Shown here: positions 39,068 through 50,984 of the stretch, one piece after another
How positions within the stretch are numbered: the stretch's first letter is position 1
Layout of the letters: each line of letters opens with the position of its first letter
Source: Oikopleura dioica
Lineage: Eukaryota > Animalia > Chordata
Length of the DNA stretch: 64,000 bases
Direction of reading: 5' to 3'
NCBI GenBank assembly: GCA_907165135.1
Contig: OU015569.1
Location: 1,984,001-2,048,000, forward strand
The notes under the pieces: model-generated
What the model was told of the DNA's origin: nothing
What the model saw: the letters and a program-made list of their open reading frames with translations, nothing else
Database searches by the model: none
Translations under genes and position numbers: made by a program

Positions 39068-41133
39068 TTAAAGACTATCGTATGCAATGACATGGCGTCT
39101 GCCAAAGAACCAGATCATAGCGCCTGATATCGCTGCAACTAGGGGCACTACAGTAAAGATGAGAGCAAAGGGGAAGTTTTGTTTGTCGGAACATCTAAAT
39201 CCGTCAAAACCGTCGTCGCACTTTTTCTTTGTTCAACGCTGCTGGGTCTCTAGGATCCAATTAAACGGTACGTGTATTTGCATGGCTCTTCATTTGCGGC
39301 CTCTTGAAACAGAAATCTAGGCCTTACTTAATCTCTCGAAAAAAGCTTCATTCAAGGACTCAGACATTTACTTTTCGACGGATGAGGAAGATCGCATGAA
39401 TTGTAAGACTGTTGCCATTGACGACAATTAAATGCCAGATGACTGCCAACAGATCTATTATATTCAGGTCGTCATTAAAGAATCTTCTTGAAGAGAAGCT
39501 CTTTCAAAAGATGACGATAATGATTGCGGTTGTTCAAAGAGCCCTTTCTATTTTTCTAAACTTGAATGATTGAAAAACTTTGCTTAAGTAGCGAAGATTG
39601 AACCGGAATTATTTCTGTGTTGGAACTCAGAGAAGTCTTCTAAGGGGTTCTCTCTTTCAAAAATACTTTTTGATTTCCAATTCTCAAAAATCATTGAAAC
39701 GAAGAAAAATGAGGCTCTTTCTCTAAGCAAATAACGGCTGACGACAAAAGCGGCAGCAAAGCGCCCAAAGCGCAAGCTACTCGTAAAAGCTGTTCATTGT
39801 ATTCTGAGGGGTTTTAACTCCAAATCCATTAATATCAGGATTTGCTTCTGCGAGTGCGCTCTTTTGAGCAGTTGAACAAGTTCCTGACAGTTGAAGACGC
39901 CTGGGCCTGCGTCGACGCATTGGGAGTTCTCTGGACAAGTATCTACAGGTGATTACGTTAGTCTCTGTCAACAAAAACGCATGTTCAAGGGAGGAGCGTC
40001 CTCAGATTAGACAAATTTATAGTCCACCAAATATTGACCGAGAATTTGCTCTGAGCTTGAACGAAATACTTACAGTTGTTGAAGGGTGAATCATTCTTCT
40101 GGTAGGCGCAGAAGCTCGCCTGTCCTTCACATTGGCGGTAGGACTTGGAGATATGATCATCTTCTTCCCAAGCAGCAAAGGTCTTTGTGCTATTCGTTGT
40201 GAAGTCTTTTACAGTCAACGCGCCGGGACATGTACAATCCAATCTCAGTGTTCTGAAGTGGAGTCAGATGCAATTTATGGCCGGGAAACCGCAATTTTCT
40301 GCCTCTAATTTCTTTTCTTTTTGTTCTCCGAATTACACTCGTATTTCCAACAAAAGTAACAATCGCCAAGGAAAAATCTCTTTTTAGGAAGCATTTTTAT
40401 ACGAAGAATAACTCGAGAAAAAAACACTCGACGTTTGGGTCCTAATTTGTTTGATGATATCAGTATAGAAATTATCCGCGTCGTCTTTGGAGATGAGAGA
40501 GCAAGCAAAGTGCGGATTATACAAATAGTGACATTCCAGCGTAACGAAAACAGCGCCAGCAACAATAGCGATTAGAGTCTCCGTTCAAATAAGACTGCCA
40601 GTTAAATAACCACAGCTAATCACGGATCTCTCTTTACACACAATTGTTGGCGACTGTATCCTTATGATGTTCACAAAAATTTCGAAAAGCGTAAATATTG
40701 GGGCTAATCGCCTTAACAACTTTTCCTAGAGGGGTCCTAGCGGCGTCCTTGACCCCTTAGAACAGACTTACACTGTGGACAACTGCAGGGCATTAGCAAG
40801 GTCGGAATTATTCCTCAGAGGACATGGTACATCTGCTTTTGTCCTGAAGTCTAAAAGCTCCAGAATACTGATGTCTTCGACGTCCACGGAGGTAGCGTTC
40901 TCGCAGAATGAAAAAGACGCACCAACGGTCTTGTTTTTACTGTTTTGACAGAAGGACCCTCGTTTACTAAAGAATATATCAATCGGTTAATTCAGTTGAA
41001 AGACGTTTTACCTTCGTAAGATGCTTCCTTCTACAGTTTCACAAAAAGACGATAGAATTTCCAGGTCCCCACACTCTTCGCTGTCATTCTGTGCTCCAAC
41101 GAACACCAACAGTACCGAAATCAATAGTCTCAT
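39068..41133 (-). CDS. Cys-rich type I membrane protein candidate (possibly two genes)
   Basis: Signal peptide MRLLISVLLVFVGA at 41133. The last exon reads KKCDDGFDGFRC (EGF-like C-terminal half), then TM FALIFTVVPLVAAISGAMIWFFG, then RRHVIAYDSL*. Middle exons only partly resolved. Confidence 0.5.
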
Positions 41134-41173
41134 TCTAAAAGTATTTGGTTTGAAAACTTGGTTAAATGGTCAC

Positions 41174-44100
41174 TCAAAGGTTTCCCCGAGTGTATTCCCA
41201 GATCGAAAGTGCCGCAGAAACGTGAACATTTAATGATCTGATGATTCCTTTCTGTGGGATTTCTAGCACCACGTCCAACAAACCAATAATGTGCGCTGGA
41301 ATGCCTTCTCGTTCATTTCCGAGAACTACCACACATTTTTTCGGGAAGTTGAACTAAAAGAAAAAGTTTTAATTTCATGATCTATCTAAGTCAATATGAC
41401 ACCTCTTCAATCGAAATAGAATTCGCAGTTTGCTCGAGTCCAGCCAAGCAGTAGCCCTTATTCTTCATCGACATCAACCACTGTGGGATGTTACGCGCTT
41501 TAACTTCCTGGATGTCAATCCATTTCATCGCCGTCACTGCCAAACTAGTGTAGTCTTTTGCCTTCACTTTGGTATAGATTTTGACATCAACAAAGAATCT
41601 TCGAAGAGTCAAGAATTAAAATTTAAATACCATGGTTCCTTTAATACAGACAGATTGTCAAAGGTAAGAGACTCAGCTCCAAAAACTTCCGCTGTCCTTG
41701 TAATTCCACCAAGATTATTTGCTTTGTCTATCAGCGAGGCGCATATCACCAATCCTTGTGAAAATGAAAGTTAGTAGACTTCCGTAAGCAACGAACAGAA
41801 AGTGGTATTTGGACAGTTCTCTCACCTTCGCAACTTTTCTTTTCAAGCTCAATGTCCTGAATCCAAGGAGTAATCTTCTGCTGAACATCCGTCACCCCAG
41901 GCTCAGTTTTAACATCAGCATTTGGTGTCTTGTCTCCGGATTCATTCGCCGCCTTCCATTTTCTTTCTGCCCATCTGTCCATTTGTTTTTCGAAGGGCAA
42001 GTTAGTCCGGTGCGACACTTAAGAAGAACACTTGAAATGACTATGCGCAGGCTTGTTTCCTCCTTGTTTGCTCAGAGGGAGTTTAGATAAGATGATCCGA
42101 AAAGTAATCTGGAAACACTATCAAGGCGATTCGCACTATTTACCAAGAAATCAACGCTGTCGCATATGTCAACAACTATCGATTTATAGCTAAGATAAAG
42201 AGAAAGTATCAATGCAATGAAACTTACGTTCTTGCAGAAGTGGCAGACTTATCAGGTTCTTTTCCTGTGAGCCTACAGAAAGAGGTATCGAGCGGAATAT
42301 GCCAACGAAAGAAAGATCGTCCATGACATTTACTTCCGAAAAGAACATATTTCCCATGACTTTGTCGACCTGGCGTCCTAAACTGCCTCGCTCCTTTTGC
42401 GAGTCTGAAAACTGCACATGCCGTCCTAGAAACGGAAACATTTGATTGATTGCCACTCCTTGCGCAGGGTCGTTCTGAGTGCTCTTGTAGAGTTTGTTGA
42501 CCACTGCAATGGCGTGAATCCTCACGTTGATATTGCTGCATTGCTGCAATCGGAGGGATTGCTCAAGAAACTTCATCGTAAATTGTGGGATCTGAGAACG
42601 GAAGTATTAATTTCAATTCACAGGGAGATTTGCTATTTACTTTGACGCTGATACAAAACAGCATGCCAACCACGAGCACGGAGGAAATCGAACCGCTATA
42701 GTTGAGAAACTCATCGTCCTTAAAAAATTCATTCAAACAAAAATAATGCATACAAATTACCTCCAGGATTTGATCAATTTTCTTCCATTCCTCGGTACTG
42801 TATGTAATTAACTTTGCCAGCGATATTTGCTGCAACATTCGGACTGACGGTTCTTCTTCATTTGACAATGTATTTAGGATCGCATCAACGAGTTCGGATA
42901 TCGCGTCCGTCTCCTTGAGCTTGATGTTTTCTTCAATAAGTTGAGTGACGAGCAAGAGAATCGACTGCCAGCAGCGTTCTCTTGTCAGATGTGTGGCGGA
43001 GTTTTTATGACACGTTTGTTTCCTTTTTGTTTCCCTAATATGCTCTTTTACAAGCATCATGATGACATCGTTAGGAGGACACTCATTACACAAAACTTCG
43101 TCTTTAATATATCGGAGAATAAGATCGACCCCATACTTGCGAACCATCATCATTTCTGTTAGAATGTCAACTTGATACTCGTTTTGTGGAATGTCTTTTA
43201 GTACACCTTGTTCTTCAAGCTCGTCGACTTTTCTAGCAGTGTGGAGTTCAACAAGAACATCTTTATTGAATCCAGCTCCTGAAGTCAAAGCAGCAAAAGT
43301 CAGAAAGGGTTTGTGGTCGGGATAAGCACAGTAACGAGCATACTTAGAGATGATTGGCAGTATCATCCCATGTCGAGTAGCAGCCTTGTCTTGTATTTCT
43401 TTGAAAAGTTTTTCCATCACCAAGTCTGCAAATCGACTAAAAAAGGAGTCTTCGTGCATCAACACCCTCGAAAACAATTCATAAAGTTGATGGCAGTGAC
43501 GACTTCCGAAATTCGCCTTGATTTCTCTCCATAGAGCCCATATGAAATCGTCTATTCCGTCATTCCGTTCATTACCAACATTCCGATATATATTATAACA
43601 ATCAGGGTTGTCTAACGTCCTGAGAAGACTTTCCACCACTGGGATCTAAATGACCTTCATTGCATTCGATAAATTCGACTCTCAAGTACCTGTCCAGTAA
43701 TGTCAACCGTCGAGAGTGCCTCCAAACTTTCAGCAACAGTAGCTTCGTGTTTCAATAAGCTTGCACATTGCCAGGCAAGCTCTACGGCTCCTTTTTGGTC
43801 ATTGCTCGATGAATTGCAGATTCGAAGCGGAATTTGAAGAACATCTTTTCCGGTGAAATTTGGGATAATTGGGACATCGTCGCTCATCTTTTCGAGTAAG
43901 AACTTGAGAGTTTTCAGTGCCATTATTACGAAGTGAGAGTACTTATGTCGAACATTAGAGTTCAGAATCAAAGGGACTAGCTGCTGGTTCACGAGAGTCC
44001 TTCCGCCAGGCTCGAGGGAAGAGAGGTTTGCTTCACATGCTGCGAGGAGTAAATCGAAAGTGCTAAAATCTGCATCAAGATTTCTGATATTTTCCCATCG

Positions 44101-45814
44101 CTGGAAGAATTTGATCAGGAGTTCGAAGAGAGACACAGTAATGGCGTCAAAAGTCATTCGTGGCTTCAAGTGGATCATCTCTCTGTAGCGTTTAAGAGTG
44201 GATGTGATGAGAGAAAAGGTTTGTGCGTTTTTAGGGTCCAGCTCAAGCCGCTTCGTTTCCAGTTGAAAATTGTCAAAGACTGAACGATGAAGTAGCTGGC
44301 TAGTGTAAGGACAATTCACGGTTTCTTCTGGCGGCGCGAGAGGTCTTGCAAGGGAGTAATACGATAGACTACCAACGTCTGCATTAAGCTTCATCAGCAA
44401 AGCTTTCTTCAGGAGTTCATCAAAAACCATTTGGTCTACAATTTTTATGATCAGTCTTTGGGTAGCACACCGAACTTTCAAATGGTGCTTCTTCGTTCTC
44501 TCATAAAAAATTATTTCAAGCCGTTCCAACATCTTATGAGTTACATCTGGTAATTCATGCTTTTCTGAAATCCGCGAAAGAAGATCTTTTTCATTCGATA
44601 TACTAAATATCCAGTAGAACAATGGCGTCGGGGACTGATTGAAGTTTGATAATGATTCAACGACTGAAGGAAGAAGTGATTCGTTGTTTTGTAAAAATGT
44701 CCTCATGTACCGCGCCATTTTCGGCTGATTGAATTCGCTTCCGTCCAATGCTTCTTCCTCTACATATAAACCTAGCTGAGATGTTGTTGGAATAAGACAG
44801 TCGCTAACGAAATAATGCGTCCCATCCGAAGATTCCATCTCCCGCATATTCATCAACACTAACTTGCAGAAAGATGCGACTACTTTCTTGTTCTCGTGGC
44901 AAAAAGACCGTCGAAAAGGCAGGAATTTAATGAATGGTTCAATTTTCTTGTTTTCAAGCCACTTGATGAATCTGTTTTGGTGCGTGTCGACGATGTGTTG
45001 TTGATTTTCCTCTAAAAGCATGAGCATAGAGAGGAGTTCCTTCTCATCCACACCATCACTAAAAATCCACTCCCAATCCTTAAGTCTCTTTTGCAATAAG
45101 TTGTACAGTAAACTTTGCGCTTCTTTACGGTCCACAGCGCTTGAGGAGACGAAAGCTTCATAACATTTATTGAGAACACTGCAGTCATACAACTTGTAAA
45201 AATGCGGGAACAGCGCGAGGTGCGCTGAAATGGATGGGTATTGATGGAATTTTATCAGTTCTTCGAGATGGTTCCAGAGGCGGGAATCTTCATGTGTCAA
45301 TGTTCTTCGTAAGAAGCCATTAATTGCCTGAATAAATGCACGGGAGACAATATCATTGTTTTCGATATAGATGAAGATGATTTCACTCGTAAAATGACAG
45401 GCCTTCTTGTTGAACGCTTTCGCCGCTTTTTCCAACTCGGTAAAGAGACAAATCAGGGCGGTCAGGTTCTGGTCATCAAGCAAGCGATTTATAAATGGAC
45501 GATAGTGGTTCTGTATTAATGGATTTGTAATTGAATATATCCTCACGAAATTGATGACTTTTGTAAACTTGATGAATGACTCCTCCTTTGCCAGAAACTC
45601 CGCGTATTCAATGAGTGTCTGTTCCGACTTATCATCTATCAGAGGACGCTGGCGAGCCAAAGAATTGTAGTCCTTATTTTTTGTTCAATTAGGTGCGTCG
45701 TTATTTCCCTGCATAACTGGTAATTTACGAACAATGCCTTGACATCGAAAAACTCCTCGATAGTTATGCCTCGCCCGTTCGTGAGAGCTAGTACTCTTTT
45801 TCAATAATACTCAT
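41174..45814 (-). CDS. TARBP1: tRNA (Gm18) 2'-O-methyltransferase TARBP1/Trm3, with two apparent 1-nt frameshifts near the 5' end
   Basis: C-terminal SpoU domain: [60 protein letters not shown]. Long alpha-helical N-terminus. Confidence 0.92.
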
Positions 45815-45975
45815 CTAGTGCATCACTCTGAAGAAGGAATGACATTTATTTCACGGACGCACAAGTGTTACTTTTACTGTATGAGATCAACAGGCAAAAC
45901 ACTGTATATTTAGAACTCGGAACATCGTTATATAGATTTGAAATAAATTAGGAAATTTGAATTTTTCGAATTTCT

Positions 45976-47668
45976 TCAAACTTCGAGGGAAATGCCGGCG
46001 GCCTCTTGTCTTCGGACGTCTTCGGCAAATCGTTCCTCGAGGTAAGGCTTGAACCACCGGATAAGACCTGAGGAATATTCATTAAAGAAATTCTCCGCCA
46101 AATATTGATTACCTTGGGCTGGCCATGCAGCACCGTCGGCGAGCGCGCAAATAGTGTTTCCTTCGACCTGCTTCGAGATTTCCCAGAGCTGTTCGATTTC
46201 CTCGGGTCCTCGAGACTGTCCGAAAGTCCATCGCTTGAGGATGTCGTTCATCCATGAAACGCCTTCTCGGCAGGGAGTGCACTGACCGCAAGACTCGTGC
46301 TTGTAGAACTCCATCAATCGCCAGATACATTCGACTGGATCATCGTCCTTGTCTATCGGAAAAGTTGAGTATTAAAAAATTAATTGTTGACTTACTCATG
46401 ACGATGAGAGCGGCAGTGCCAAGACCAGATGGAGCAGCGGCAAGAGCGTCGAAGTCCATCATAATATCGTCACAAATGTGCTACGAAATCGTTATCATTT
46501 GAAAGGCTAAAGAAAGAAATAACCTTGGGAAGAAGGGGAGTGGAGGAACCACCGGGAATGACAGCTAGCAGGTTGTCCCAGCCGCCCCGGACACCACCGG
46601 CGTGCTTTTCAATAAGTTCCTAAACAAATGATAAGGAATTCCGAAGTAGAATCGAAGGACTCACTCTCATCGGGATGGACATGGTCTCCTCAACGGTGCA
46701 GGGAGTGTTAACGTTTCCGGAAATATTGAAGAGCTTGGTGCCAGTGTTTCGCTCTCGTCCGAAGGAGGCGAACCAGTCGGCTCCTCGTCGGCAAATGGTT
46801 GGAGCAACGGCGATAGTTTCGACGTTGTTGACGGTGGTAGGGCAGCCAAAAGCGCCGACGGCGGCGGGGAATGGTGGCTTCAGTCTGGGCTTTCCCTAGT
46901 AAAATCCATGGTATAGAGATTTGAAAATGATGCCTTATGTGTACCTGCTTTCCCTCGAGAGATTCAATAAGCGCGGTTTCTTCGCCGCAGACGTACGCAC
47001 CAGCACCTCGCTGGACGTAAACGTCAAAGTCGTAGCCAGTGCCGCAAGCGTTCTCGCCGAGGTATCCCTTGGCGTATGCCTCTCGCACAGCGTACATTAA
47101 ATTGGAGGTTTCGTTGTAGAACTCTCCGCGGACGTAGATGTAGGCAGCTCGAGCACCCATGGCGTAACCAGCTACCAGGCAGCCTTCGATGAGCTTGTGA
47201 GGGTCGTGTCGCATAATATCTCGATCTTTGCAAGTTCCTGGCTCTCCCTCATCGGCGTTGACAACAAGGTACTTAATTTGAATTAGGGAAGATCGGAAAG
47301 AAAATAATGATTTTACCTTTGGTCGACCATCGGTGACAGGGACATTCATAAAGGACCACTTGAGACCAGTGGGGAAACCGGCACCACCACGTCCTCGAAG
47401 GCCGGAATCCTTAACCTCCTGCTGGATCCATTCGGCACCCTTGAGGATGATCTCTTTCGTCTTGTACCAGTCGCCTCGAGCTTCGGCACCCTTGATCGAC
47501 CAGTCGTGGAAGCCGTACAGGTTTGTGAAGATTCGATCTGTTGAAGAATAAATAAACGAAAAGGACTTCTATTTGATTTTTACCTTGATCCTTCATGGGC
47601 GCATTGTTGATCACTCCGGACGCCCTGGCCGAAGTGCGGGCCGCAGTCTTTGCGATCCGATTCAGCAT
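45976..47668 (-). CDS. NDUFV1: NADH dehydrogenase flavoprotein 1 (51 kDa subunit)
   Basis: [89 protein letters not shown]. Seven GT-AG introns. Confidence 0.98.
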
Positions 47669-48641
47669 TCTTCAATTTTCAAAAGTTAAGCTCTTACAAA
47701 AAAACTATCCGTTGATTTTGAGGCTCTCTTTGCTGAGCGGGTTGGGTTTTTCTATTTTTTCGCCCCTAGGTAATCGTGGGTAAGACCTTCCCAGACCGCG
47801 GTAAAGAAAATTCTCGAGCTGTTACGTAACACCCAGTCATTTTAATTCAAAAGGAAAAATCTTTTGTACTATCAGTATGGGGGTGATAAGGGTCAAGTGT
47901 GATGACTCAACGCTTTCTTATCGCCTCGTGTTAAAAAGTACTAAATAAATAGTGCGAGAAATTTTAAAGTATCACCATCTAATGCGGTTAAATTAACAAA
48001 ATAGTGATCTTGATTTACTAAAATTAATATGACTACCATGAATACGGAAGGAAAATTACTATTTTTAATCTCACGGTATGAATTTATTAAATTTTTAATT
48101 AAAAAACTAAAGACAATTTATGAAGCTCGTTCTTAAGAAATTTAATGTAAAATTAATTTTCTCGGAATATAAATTAAAGTGCACGTGATTGACTGTTCAA
48201 GATTATGCTGAGAAAGTGTTCTGTCCAATTTCTCTATCAGAAGAAAAAGTCTGTTGATGAGGTCGATTCGAGGTCGGATGGTTCGGTCCTCTTGGCGCCG
48301 CCCATTGGCTAAAATCACAAAAGCGCGAAGGAAAGAAGCGGGGTCCTAAGAAAAAAAGGGAGGATATTCTGCGCTTCTTTTTCTTCATGAAAACGTCTTA
48401 TTCTGCCTATTTCTAAGTTTCTGTCAGAATTTTCCATGTTAAAAAATTGCCTTACAATGAGAAAATCTTGATAAAATGGTTATTGAAATGAAATGGTATA
48501 TTTTTTAATTGCTGCAAAACACGCTCCTCATAATAAAAAAGATTGTATGGAAACTTGAATGAATCAATTGAACGTATATCCATTGCATTTTTGAATCTAG
48601 AAAGTGTGCCGAACGGAGCTAGGAAAGTTGCGGGGCTGATC

Positions 48642-50187
48642 ATGAATCTTTGGAAGAACATGGATCTTGAGCGACGAAAACGCCAAAAAGATATAGGCTC
48701 TGCTGGTTCTGCAATTAAGTATATTAAAAAAATGACTGCTCAGGCGTATAATCACGAATTTTCCTCGAATGCAGGTTCTTTCTTTTCATGGGGGGACAGA
48801 AAACGATTAGCGTTTTCTCTCTAAAGAACCAGGAATAGCGACGCGGGATATCATCATTTTCGGCGGCTACCAGGCTGGGAAAAGCTCTGTCATTCGAACT
48901 TTACTCAACGAAGATGCTCCTACGGAAAGTACAGTTGGTCTTAATTACTCGTACTATCGAGCGAAGAGCCGGAATAATGAGGCAAATAGTCATGGGTTCC
49001 ATTTTATAGAACTTTTGTGTAAATTTGCAGAAGAAAAAAAACTCAAAGAAACCATCTTTTTATACACAAATCGATACCCAAATATAAAGAAATTTCAATC
49101 TTTGGGAAATCGGCGGCGAACTCAACTCATCCGGGCGAAATATGGCTTTAGTTCCACTGAAGCATTCTACGAATATCGTTCTCGTTCTAGTCTTGGATTT
49201 GGCCACTTTGTCGCAAGTAGAAGATCTGGTTAAGAAGTTGGGAAAGTTCAGCAGCGCGATAAAGGAGAAAAAAGTCAAGCTGGCCATTGTGGCGAATAAA
49301 TACGATCAGTTCAGGAAATGATTTCGCATTTTTAAAAATAGAGAAGGATGATCTTAGAATTTCAAGCATTTTTTAGCAAATTCTGATTTATAAAATAAAA
49401 AATCATTATGAAAGTTCTTTGAAAAGCGACGTGAAAGCAGCTGTGAACGAGTTTCTAAAAGTTTCTTCGAAGTATCTCAAGGCTTCGTTGATCCAATGCT
49501 CGTGCACTCAAGAATCGCAAAAGACCATCCTCCGGCGCTTCTTCCAGAGCGAAGTGTTCCACCTCTCGGCTGTATCTTCCCTCTCGGAGTCGTCGACGGA
49601 CAATTCGCAGCCGCTGGTTCTTCTTCAGGGAGCACAGAAAGTCCAAGTGACGAGTACTGTCGATTCCGCCGCCATTGAACTCTCCCAAGTCGTCGAGGTA
49701 ACGTTCCGCGCGCTACAATTCATGTATCGAATGTAATTTAAACAGAGAAGCCGCCAGCGGCTTTGAGTAAAAAAAAATACTAAGCCGAGCGCGGCTGTAA
49801 CGATTCATTTGAACAAAGCCGCAAGTGGCTTTTTGTCTATCAGTTAGATTTCGTTAAAATAGTAAATAGCATAGAAAGATCTCCTAATCCATCATTTTTC
49901 AATTCGGTGTTGAATAATTTGAATTTTCTCCGCTTGAAGAATCAGACGTTGTCATTATTTTGACTGTCTAGCAGAAAGCTCTAGCTGCTAGGGATATTTA
50001 TGGAGCGCCTTGCTTGATGCCAAATTTAAACTGTTGTTTCTAGCAAGAGAGAATAAAGTCTTCATCGATGAATCAACGCCAGCCGGAGAACATGGACAAC
50101 TTCGCGGACAGCGAAATCGACGGCGCCGTAAGGCACTTCCACAACCATCGCGAGTACTCCAAACTCGCTCAACTCCAGTTGAGCTAA
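48642..50187 (+). CDS. DYNC2LI1: Cytoplasmic dynein-2 light intermediate chain (divergent)
   Basis: MNLWK N-terminus, P-loop IIIFGGYQAGKSS, then LWEIGG, LVLVLDL, IVANKYDQF, DNSQPLVL. C-terminal FADSEID exon at 50044-50187 joined in phase 0. Confidence 0.72.
49748..49832. repeat. Three 16-bp palindromic units AAGCCG-N4-(C/T)GGCT(T/G) at an exact 34-bp period with unrelated 18-nt spacers, intronic
   Basis: Units start at 49748 (aagccg ccag cggctt), 49782 (aagccg agcg cggctg) and 49816 (aagccg caag tggctt). Confidence 0.75.
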
Positions 50188-50325
50188 AAACGAAAGCGTC
50201 TTCTTTCGTCGTCATTTTCTTTATGTTCTATTTTTCTACTTCAACAGCTACTTTTCTATGAGAACGACATTTTTATATGTTTTCTAAATACGGTTCGAAA
50301 GAGTTTTCTTTAGATTCTTGGCGTA

Positions 50326-50753
50326 ATGGCGGATTTGACTGGACCAAAAGCGAGCTTCATCAAACTTGTCTCTTCTGACGACCATGAATTCATCATCAGA
50401 AAGGATGTTGCTCTTACCAGTGGCCATGACCGTGGATAAATACATTTTTCATAACCTTTTTTGTTGAATTACGCGTATTTTTCAACGTCTAAAGAACGAT
50501 CAAAGCGATGTTGAGCGGCCCCGGCTCGTTTCAGGAAAATGAAACGAACACCATCAAATTTCAGGAAATCCCCTCTCATGTTCTGAATAAAGGTAGCTTA
50601 TTCTTTCTTCTCCTAATCTATTTACTCGAAGTCTGCCACTATTTCACGTACAAAGCACGGTACACCAATTCTGCCATGGAAATTCCGGAATTCCCGATCG
50701 CCCCCGAAGTCGCACTCGAACTCCTCATGGCGGCCAATTTCTTGGACTGCTAG
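50326..50753 (+). CDS. ELOC: Elongin C
   Basis: [23 protein letters not shown]|[21 protein letters not shown]|[24 protein letters not shown]. Confidence 0.97.
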
Positions 50754-50984
50754 CTTCGTTTCCACCGTTCAAAACAATAACTCAACAACCGCCAGATAAA
50801 CGTGAATTATTATATTTACCCTTTGTTTTATTTTGTTTTGTATTCTATTTCAAGCAGAGTTCAAAATTAGTTTTTTTCCTTCTCGCTGAACACCTCTTAA
50901 TCTTCCTCTTACCAAGATTCGATATCTTTTATTCACCTTAAACATGTATTTTTCTGTAATCCTTGCTGACTCGATAGCTTTAGA

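Noticed and set aside
49748-49832. CRISPR-like repeat-spacer array
   Set aside because: Eukaryotic intron, only three degenerate 16-bp units, spacers too short, and no cas genes. Kept only as a palindromic array.
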